NCBI GenBank assembly: GCA_951406725.2
Contig: OX597815.1
Coordinates: forward strand, 139,190,001-139,254,000
DNA length: 64,000 nucleotides
DNA from: Octopus vulgaris
Taxonomy: Eukaryota
Direction: 5' to 3'
The position numbers and the translations under genes are program-made. Shown here piece by piece: positions 54,050 to 64,000 of the stretch; position 1 is the stretch's first letter, and each line of letters opens with the position of its first letter. The notes beneath the pieces were generated by a model. The model saw only the letters and a list, made by a program, of their open reading frames with translations. It was not told the DNA's origin and did not search any database.

Positions 54050-56826
54050 TCTAGTAATGCTATCACAATAAAAATATTGGTAATTGTGCAACTTGATAAT
54101 CGCTACCTCATATGAGTGACAATGAAAAAACAAAATATTGTGAATAACGGTGATAATGAAACTGAAGCCAATGATGGTGACAGTGTTACACCCAGTAGTC
54201 TCAGAGATTTTGGTCCGGCTCCAGCCTATCGGTATCCAGAAAGGGACCACCCTACACGGCGTAGATGGAGCAAGCAAATTACTGCTGTTGTCATGGAATG
54301 TTACTACTTGAGCAGCACGGTAGATGAAAATGGTGCTCAAATTAGGGGTTACCAACAACTGAAAGAAAACGATTGTTTCAACTCACGGAACAGAGACTAT
54401 GTAATCAAGCTAGAGCAATAAGAAAAAATCGTTGGTTCACAGAAGTAGAGCTTCAAGCTATCAAAAAACGGGTCATGGAAAATAGCAGCATAGATAAGAA
54501 TGAAAATACAGTTCTTACTAATATGAGTAATCTTCTAGCACAGGAAAGGAGCAGTGGTAGTTTACTTGATGAGAGACATATAGATAATTTAAAAGAAGAC
54601 AATAAAACTAATAGCGACATGACAGATGAACAAAAGGCAATCTACAACAGAATAAAGGTAAGAATACGGGAGAACGATAGCAACATCATTTGCAAACTGA
54701 AAAAGATTGATCGATGGAAACTGAACTAATAAACGAAAAATGTCAATGAAATTCTGAGATTCATCAGAACAAACATCACAAACAAATAATTTGATCATGG
54801 CAGCAAGTATTGTTGTAGGAGAAAATGTGAGTGTTGATGTCAAGAAAAAGAAATATAATGGGAGTGACAAAAGAAAAGAATCCAGGCAGGGTTAGACATA
54901 ATCTCAGGGTTAGACATGCTCTATTTTGGACAGAAAAGAGAAAGGGGATCTTAAAAGCGAACAAAAATACAGGGCGCTGAGAAGTATGTATAATATTGAA
55001 AGAAAGGGCCTGAAAGTAGTAATGGAGGAAATGAAACAGCGCTCGTTGCAAAGAAAGCAAAGATGGTAAGATATGACCAAAGAATGAAGGGTTACCACCA
55101 GAATAGGTTATTCAGAGTAGATCAGAATAGATATTCTATACAGAAATAAATGAAGGGTGTACAGATGAAAAGTTGAAATCAGATAACATTGAAAGTCAAA
55201 GGTTTTAGAGTGACATCTGGAGCAAAGACAAGGAGACAAGAAGGATGCTGAATGGTTGCAAGGACTGAAACAAAATGTAGTCTGTCCAAACAGGCAGAAC
55301 TAGTAATTCAGTTAGGGAAGTGATGGAAATCAGCAGAAAATGAGCAACTGGGAGGCCCAGTGACCAGATGGATTTCAAGGCTACTGGATCAAAAGATGTG
55401 GTGAATGTCATATACGAATAGCTGCGCAACTCTGCACCTTGTTAAATGCCAACCAAGTAACACCAGAGTGGCTGACATTGGGTAGGACAGTGCTGTGCCT
55501 GAAAAACATCGAAAAAGGTAATACGGTAGATAATTACAGGCCGATATCCTGTTTGCCACTTATGTGGAAGTTATTGACTGGAATACTCGCAGAGTCAATG
55601 TAAGAACATCTGGAAAAAAATGGAGTGCTGCCACATGAACAGAAGGGTTGCAAACGTAAGTGCAGAGGTACCAAGGATCAACTCCTGATACACAAAATTA
55701 TACTCAGAGTCTACAAGAGGAGGAAAAGTAACTTAGCCATGTCATGGATCGACTATCTTAAGGCGTAACGATATAATCCCATACTCCTGGATAATGAAGT
55801 GTGTGAACCTATTTGGTATTGCATCCAAAGTTGAGCGATTGCTTGGAAAAATATGGCGAATTGGAGGACGGATTTGATAGCATACGGAAGAAGTTCAGGG
55901 ACAGTAGAAATTAGGAGGTGCATCTTCCAAGAGAACTGCCTGTCTCCACTGATCTTTGTACTGTGCTTGGTACAAGTAACACTGATTCTGAGGAAAGTAA
56001 AAGCTGGGTATGTATTCAAAAGCCGCCAACAAAAAGTCAACCATTTGTTATTCGTGGATGAGCTCAAACTTTATGGTAAAGATAAAGCTAATCATTTCCC
56101 TCGTTCATACGGTGTGTAGCTTCATTGCTGATATCAGAATGGAGTTCGGACTGAGAAAGTGTGATGTGTTAGTCTTGAAGAGAGGCAAAATCAAATGTAT
56201 GGACGGGGTAACGATACCGTCGGGGGAGTTTATGAAGCAGAAAGAAGAGACGGGCTATAAATACTTGGGGATTTTGGAAATAGATAAATTGATGGAGAAA
56301 GAAATGACAGAAAAATTTAAGGTGGAGTACTTGAGCAGACTGAGACTGATCCTTAAGTCGAAATTCAACGGACGGAATACGATCGAAGCTATCAATACTT
56401 GGACGGTTTCACTCCTTAGATATGGAGCGGGGGTAATTGCAGTAGGGGGAAGAAGACTTATCGGATGCGAACACAGCATTAGATCAAAAGAAAACAACCT
56501 AGCATAGTATGTAAAAAATGCCACAGAACTGCTATTGTTAGACGTAAGAAGGTCAGGCTTGTGTAGGATGAAAGATTGCAAAGATAAAGCACTATACAAA
56601 CAATTGGAAACGAATAAAAGTGAAATTAGGTGGGTAACGAAAAGAATGCATGGTCAATTTCATAGAGATATTGAAGATAAGACATACAAAGAAAAATTAT
56701 GGCTGTGGATGACTAAAAGTGATTTAAAACGGGAAACAGAGGCTCTAATATGTGCTGCCCAAGAGCAAGCGCTAAGAACAAAACTACATAAAATACAGAA
56801 TAGACAGCACATCAGAAAGTGATAAG

Positions 56827-56828
<2 letters not shown>
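54050..56828 (+). mobile_element. R4/Dong-clade non-LTR retrotransposon, decayed, includes N-terminal region
   Basis: RRRWSK...VMECYYLS, LTEQRLCNQARAIRKNRWFTEVEL, then RT motifs colinear and highly similar to 26124-28290; preceded by degenerate (TAA)/(TAG)n. Confidence 0.9.
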
Positions 56829-56865
<37 letters not shown>

Positions 56866-57034
56866 TTATCACTTATATATATATATATCGTAATCTGTAT
56901 GACATGTACATTTGATACCAGTGCATAAAGTAACAGGGAAAGAAAAAAATGCGTATGCACCAGATGTAAGTATGAAAATCTTCAATTGCTGAAACGGCGT
57001 TAACGCGGTTATGATACTGTCGTACTATCGATTA

Positions 57035-57160
57035 TTATTAGAGCCTTGAGAACAATGGCCAAAAATTTTGAGAACAAACCTTGAAAACTAGGTTCTAACC
57101 TGGAAGTAGGCACAGTAGAGAAGATATGTGTTCTGGCTTGGGCAAAAGTACTTAATACAT
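57035..57160 (+). mobile_element. Very decayed R4/Dong ORF C-terminus
   Basis: IRALRTMAKNFENKP*KLG...VEKICVLAWAKVL resembles the GALG...LQK..LLGTA.IL terminus; (TAA)n at 57448-57521. Confidence 0.4.
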
Positions 57161-57289
57161 TATAAGAACAGTTCTAAAATCTTTTATACAGAAAGCACAA
57201 GATGCACCTCGTCACAGACCATCAGTTGTGTTTCGATAGGAAGAATAATTAAACTGAGCGCAATACTGATTCCGAGAAACCTATTGACA

Positions 57290-57430
57290 TAATCGTTAGC
57301 ACGCCGGACAAAATGCTTAGTGATATTTCGTTCGTCTTTACGTTCTGAGTTCAAGTTCCGCCGAGGTCTACTTTACCTTTCATCATTTTGGGGTCGATGA
57401 ATTAAGTGTCAGTTGAGTACCGGGATTGCA
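57290..57430 (+). mobile_element. tRNA-derived SINE family 2
   Basis: aatcgttagcacgccggacaaaatgcttag...gttctgagttcaagttccgccgaggtc...ggggtcgatgaattaag. Confidence 0.8.
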
Positions 57431-57445
57431 CCTATAGAAGAAGCG

Positions 57446-57523
<78 letters not shown>

Positions 57524-58055
57524 CATGAAAAACAGTGATGTCTGCAAAGTCGATAACGCTCAGGACGATGTGAACGATAGTAATGATGATGATGACGCCG
57601 ACGATTATGATGATATGTTACATTCGCTGATGCATGAAGCTACATATATTGATGTGAGGGGAGTTGTCGAGTACGTTATGTTTTATTTCTTCCATATCTG
57701 AGAAACCAGAATCTAGATCTAAAAACATTTACAATATCAACGAGCAATGAGCAAATTAAGAAACCATTAATTTCACGTATTCATTAAATAATTAACATAC
57801 TTCGATGATTTAATCCGACTGATTTAACGTATTTAAAATTTTCCAGTCTTGTCTTTTATAAACGAGTTTTTATTGCCGTTGCCTCTCAAATGGAGGATAT
57901 TAAAGAGCTGCAGTGGAGCTGGACTGAACGACGCCATTTCACTTTATTTATTTTTTTTTGTTTTTCAATGAATTAATGTTGAATTCATAAAATTCATGTA
58001 CACAAGTCTGACATTGAAAGAAAAGAAATGTTTACTATACATACTGGCATATACG

Positions 58056-58180
58056 TAGAACCGTTAAGCGTCGGATAGAAGGTCTGGTTCACACGCTTTA
58101 CACTCTGTGTTCAAGTTCTGTCGATGTCAACTTTGAGTTCATCCTTTCATGTTCAATGTATACAACACTAGTACAGAATA
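58056..58180 (+). mobile_element. Degenerate SINE family 2
   Basis: agaaccgttaagcgtcgg...tctgtgttcaagttctgtcgatgtcaacttt..ttcatcctttc. Confidence 0.55.
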
Positions 58181-58789
58181 GTGGTTTGCCAGAATTCTTT
58201 GTGTGAGGCAATAACTCATACTGCGCTTCGTTGTATTCTGACTTTAAACTTTTCGTATGGATTCAAATTTCACAACGAGCATTACGATCACGCCTCACGC
58301 TCTGGAGAAAGAATAAAGGTTGTTTCGAGACATACTTCAGCACCGGAAATACTTATACATCGGGTAAGTCTTCCAAAGTCTCAACTTTGCAGACTAAGCA
58401 GTAATTACCGAATGTTAGTAGTGATACTGGTATTGCAAATACATTTTGGGATATTGTCTTCTTTTTAGATGAGAACTCCGAATGCCATATTTTTCTAAGT
58501 CTGATGTAATATTTTCAAGTCATCAATTTTTATTCATAGCAACTTCATGTGTAAGTTTTCAGCAATGTTTTGGCATTTATGGCAATCTTTGAGTGAAATA
58601 AACCGCTGATGTACTCATCTTGTGTTTGGGTAACTGATTTTCCAGTTGAATAAGAACACATCTTTTGACCAAATTCTGTTTCTATATCAGCTAAAATGTT
58701 ATTAATTCCAGCTCTCTTTTCTTTCTTTTGGCATTGTAGGCGTTTTTATCAAATACCCTTTAGTTATTCACAAATTATGGATTGCAATA

Positions 58790-58998
<209 letters not shown>

Positions 58999-60299
58999 AA
59001 TGTATAATATGTATGTAGTATCATGTGTATTTCTCTCTGAATTTTTACGCGTGTGTTAATCTGTAAAAGGCAAATCTGTCACCGATAAACCTTGGAAGCG
59101 TGTAGTGACCAACTGCTATGTATACCACAGCTATGAAATAATATAATGGCCTATGAAATAGCATATGGTTTCACTTCTCCGTATTCCCACGTTGAATGTA
59201 ATATTATAAGATTCTTAATGCCTTAGTTTCTTGTTGCTAAGAAAGCATAACTTATATTTTACAGAAACTAAATATATTGATAGAAGATAAATAATACGAA
59301 ATTTCGTATTATAGCTAAATTTCAAATTATGTCAATCGGTTATTAACTCATGTCGAGTAAATTTAATGTACTCGTGCTGTGACCATTGTTCCAAAATCAC
59401 GTACAATTTCGAAACACAATTTTACAATGATAAAATATAAAAGTATATGCCTAAAATCATTTTTCCCCCCAAATTCTATAATGCTAAATCATGAATCTAA
59501 TAACGATATATCAGCGATATAAAATGGCATATTTGAAAATTATTATTCTCAAATTCAAATTTGTCAAAGATATTTCAAATACGTTCCCCATTCTATATAT
59601 TTGCGACTCATTCATGATAGAGTACATTAGGAATGAGCCTTTTAAAGACACGTCTTTACTGACTACTTGAAAATTGCAAACCATACCGTCATCATTATCC
59701 AGTAGAAATTCATCGGATTTAAAACATAAATATGAAATATCTTCTTGCGTTGGCAGCCCTACGTGAATTGGGTTGTAATACATACCGTTTTCTAGGTCTA
59801 AAATGCATTGGTGAATATCCGTGTTTCTTTCGTTTAATCCTTTTCTGTTACCCAACTTGTTGAATACCGCCAACTGCGACTTTTCCCTTTGTTACATTTA
59901 TATGTCACCTATATCTAAATAAAGCTTAATATTAATGCATAACAGCTGGAAACCTATTTTAAAGTTTCAGTGTTATATTTGATTCGTACTAAATCCAAAA
60001 CAATGAAAACTGTAGAACTTTCTAACATTCATTAACTAGAAATACTCTTGAGTTCGAGATTTTATAGAAGTAATCATATACCTCAGGTCAAAGACATTGT
60101 CGATTCTGAAAAGTTTCATTTAATTTATATTTTCGAAAATGAAATAAGATAAACAAAAATTTTTGAAGATTGGAAAAATTCCTATTCCAAATTTAATTTC
60201 GTCTAAGTATTTTGCATATTCTTCTGTTAGATGACTTCCGACTTGGCAATGAATTGAAACTGCTATCTTTTCTTTCTCCAATACTTTGTGTTGTGACGG

Positions 60300-60775
60300 G
60301 AAAATTGCAGTGTGGCATTGTGGGTAAGTAGGGCAGTGACCTGGTCGATAAGTGCAGGAATGGTCTGGTTGATGAGTGGTACAATAGCTAAATGGGTAAG
60401 TATAGAAGTGGCCAAGTAGATAAAAAAGGCAGTGACCCAGTGGATAGGTGGGAGCATGACTTGGTGGATAAGTGGACATTGGCCTTGTGAATAAGTGAGG
60501 CAGATGTTTAGTGGTGAATGAACTAGTGTGAACATGAGAGAATGGTCTTATAATCCCATGGAATTATGAGGCTGATGCGTAAGTAGTACAGTAGTTTGTA
60601 GACATGAAGGACAGTGTTGTAGTACATAAATGTGATAGTGATTTGGTAAGCGGGGCGATGGTTGAGGTAAAAATAAGATAGTGGTTTATTGGAATGGATT
60701 AATGCTACAATCTAATGGTAGTTACTCAGTTAGTGGTTTGCGGGGTTAGTGGGCTAGTAGCTTGGTAGATAAGGT
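60300..60775 (-). repeat. Degenerate 24-bp tandem repeat
   Basis: 8-aa periodicity on minus strand: TYPPSHAP/TYPLGHCL/FYLLGHFY/TYPFSYCT/THQPDHSC/TYRPGHCP/TYPQCHTA. Confidence 0.7.
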
Positions 60776-62275
60776 CCCCTTCTTATATTTAGTTTAGATC
60801 AAATAGTTTCTAACAGCGATCGATGTACAAACAAACCAAAACGTCAACTAACAATAATTATTAAAAATTCTTTCATCTTTAAAATTGGTTAATGATCTGA
60901 AAAATCAGAATTTAATTCAAAATTCTGAAACCCCATAAAGAGGGAACAATGTAATTTTTTCTCAAACCGTTTCCTAATCTTTCGACTATGCTATCTTTTA
61001 TATTTTACATTTCGTTCATATAGATATAAAAGGATATACCTCTTCGAAAATATTTCCGTTCATAAATATTTCTTTCCTTTATGTATTTATGTTCGATTTC
61101 TGGTCATTAATGAAATTTTCAAAAGAAGCTATTTTATAAATGTAGTTGCCATTTATAAACTGGTTCTGGGAAGTATTTCTGGCAGAAAAAAAAATAACGT
61201 GAATGGCGGATTAACTAAGCTAGGAATCTAGGTCGTTATACTTATACATAAAATACAGTCTGCTACTATATTTATTTGCCGTTCTGATGTGAGTTTGAAT
61301 GAACTAATCAATGTCCCAGTTATTTAGTCACATTACTACTATCTGTTCTCTAATGTTGATAATAAATTTCATTCATATTCTTGTATAATAATGGAGGTAA
61401 AGTAGACGAGACAATATTGAACAGATTATACCTTGGCTAAGAATGCAACTAATATCTTCTGAATGATACAATATATTGGCATTTGGCTTCTGAATTGTTA
61501 ATGAGCTTTTAATTAAAATCCTGATAACATGATAACAACAACGAAATCACCGTTTGTAAAGAGAATGTGTATTATACACGAACCATTAGAGCTCTTTAAT
61601 ATTCGCATACATACCCATATGCTTAATCATAAACATTCACTCACAGACACATTCAGATACAGACATTCACATTCATCCTCTTTTTCTTTTATTTTCGTCT
61701 TCCATATTTCTTCTCATCTCCTTTAACTGTCTGTCTCAAAGTTACATATGCATAAAATATTTCATTAACAAATATCAGAGACTAAATTAGAAATGATACA
61801 AAGTGTATAAATTAATAATCCTGTATTGAAGAATCTATATCAAAAGGAATGCTGAGATCTTTACCACCTGATTGGTCTCACATTTATTGTATAAGATCAT
61901 ATATAATACTTAGCAACCACCAAAATCAAACTAATTAGTATGCTTATAATATTCAATATTAAGAACGTCTTAACTTCCCTCTATTCTCTCCGCTTGCAGA
62001 CAGTGAAACAGCAATACATATTAATATCTTATGTTATATGTCACTAAATAACTGCGAACTGGTGAGGCATTGTCCATCATCATTTTGTATTATGTTTGTT
62101 GTAATTCTGATTTTGCAATTCTGTTCAAATACAGAGTAAATTATTGAATTATTTCTGGGTGTAGTAATTAGGAAACAGAATCTAATCAATACTTCTGTTT
62201 AGACAACAAAATTATTGGCATACATATGCGTGTGTGTGATGTTTGTATATGTAAATCCATATGTATGTATGTATG

Positions 62276-62315
<40 letters not shown>

Positions 62316-62352
62316 CACACACACACGCGCGTGCACACACACACACACGTAC

Positions 62353-62393
<41 letters not shown>

Positions 62394-62811
62394 TATATAT
62401 CCATTTATTTATAGTCCCCGCCTTCTCAAAGTCCATTGTCATGTAAGCTTTAGACTTTTATGGAAAAAAATAATTGGATTTTAAATAAATTAATGTCTAC
62501 AAAAATATATTTATAACATTCTCAAAATTAATGAAATTCCTGAGCCAGGCAACTAGGAGAAGTCTGAAGATATAAAAGGAAGCTTATAGTATAGTTATAT
62601 GGGAAACTAAATTAGTACCTACATATGTTTGTGTATGTATATGTGTGTATATATGCATGAATGTATGTATGTGTGTATGTATTTATTTGTATATCTATCT
62701 ATACTAGAGTAAGCACATAAATGTGAAACAAGGTGGGGAAAATAGTACTCGAATACTGGAGGCAGGGTAATATGCTTTATTGTTAAAGCTGCAAAGACAT
62801 CGCAAAAATGT

Positions 62812-63580
62812 CACCAAAGACATAGGGTCTTCCGGCAGCCACCCTCTTGCTAGGAAGCAGCACTGCCTCCTCCAGGTACTTGATGTAGGCCTCCGTGTTG
62901 AGTCTGAGGCCATGTGGGAAGATGAATGGAAGTATAACGTCGTCATCACTAGTGATCACTCCAAACACCATGATGTTCACTGGATGTTTGATTTTTATCA
63001 CTATCGGTACATGTTTTGCGGACACTGCTGGCCAACGGTTGTTCTGTGTGTTCACCATCTGGTCTTGGGAGAACCAAAGCATGTTCAGTTGGAGGGTAAG
63101 CTTAACTTTGTTCAAAAGTTTCTTAGCACGGTCTTTCCTCTTGCCTTTGATGGCTTGGGATAAAACTTGGCCATGTCTCACCTCGTATGATAGGAAACAG
63201 ACACTTCTATGTTCCTGGCGATGGACCTGATTGACTTGGAGGGACTGTTGTCAATCATAGCCTGGATCTCACCAAAATATTCAGGAGTTCTTTGGTTACT
63301 AGAACGATCACAGTGAGTTTTCCGAGCTGTCGTACCATCGTAATCACAACTCGATTCATCCAACTCTTTCCAAATCCTCTGCACTCTCCTCGGATTGACT
63401 CCCAAATACTCTGAAATGCTCGTACTGGAGCTTCCGCCGCGAATGCCAAGTAGTACAGCATGTCGTTTCCAAGTTTCTGACAAAGTGCATTATGGTGCTG
63501 TTGTTTCTCACAGACGGTACCCAACTGATCCTACTATACTGTGTAGTCGATAAAATCAAAAACAAACAAATCGCATGCAC
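62812..63580 (-). mobile_element. maT/DD37D-like Tc1-mariner transposon, 5' part, decayed
   Basis: HTH (ISEYLGVNPRRVQRI), RTPE...NSPSKSIRSIAR, KRKDRAKKLLN, NTQNNRW, KHPVNIMVFGVITSDD.V.LPFIF.HGLRLNTEAYIKYLE. Confidence 0.8.
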
Positions 63581-63843
63581 GTACATGTGTGTATATATAT
63601 ATATGTATATATATATATTTATATATATTTATATATATATATATACATATATATATATGTATGTATATACATATAAAATACTTGAGCGTTATAGTAGAGT
63701 ACCACATTTATTAATTTAACATGAAAAGGTTGAATAACTTCGAAATTTTCACCTTACTAGACTTCATTCGACTGTCTGACAACGGCTAGTGCAATGGTAC
63801 TTCGGAGTTACTGTCATCCCTCTCCTTCATGTGCATGTATGTG

Positions 63844-63897
<54 letters not shown>

Positions 63898-64000
63898 GAA
63901 GTAATATAAGTCGTTTTGTGCTTGGTAAATCGATATATTAATAATTTAACAGGAAACTTAATGTACAGAATGTACAGACGTGAATATAAATCTTGACTAG

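Overview
AT-rich animal genomic DNA saturated with microsatellites and transposons. The SINE families and repeat landscape suggest an octopus or other coleoid cephalopod (inference from recalled repeat sequences, no search run). No host gene can be called with confidence, and nearly all listed ORFs are microsatellite translations or transposon debris. Recognisable elements: a near-intact Penelope-like retroelement (ORF1 plus RT and C-terminal GIY-YIG, minus strand, 41.2-45.3 kb), a second Penelope 3' end, two decayed R4/Dong LINEs, RTE and CR1-like fragments, Tc1, mariner, maT-like and Tigger/pogo DNA transposon relics, and three tRNA-derived SINE families. The main unexplained structure is RNA-level. 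A 3 x 508 bp head-to-tail array (6.2-7.8 kb) carries one canonical type I hammerhead ribozyme per unit, like a retrozyme. About a dozen further hammerhead or hammerhead-like motifs from several short elements sit beside (TA)n tracts and show covarying cores (C3-G8, U3-A8, G3-C8, U4C). The Penelope ORF1/ORF2 junction looks like a programmed -1 frameshift. Fold-back inverted duplications recur at (TA)n tracts.
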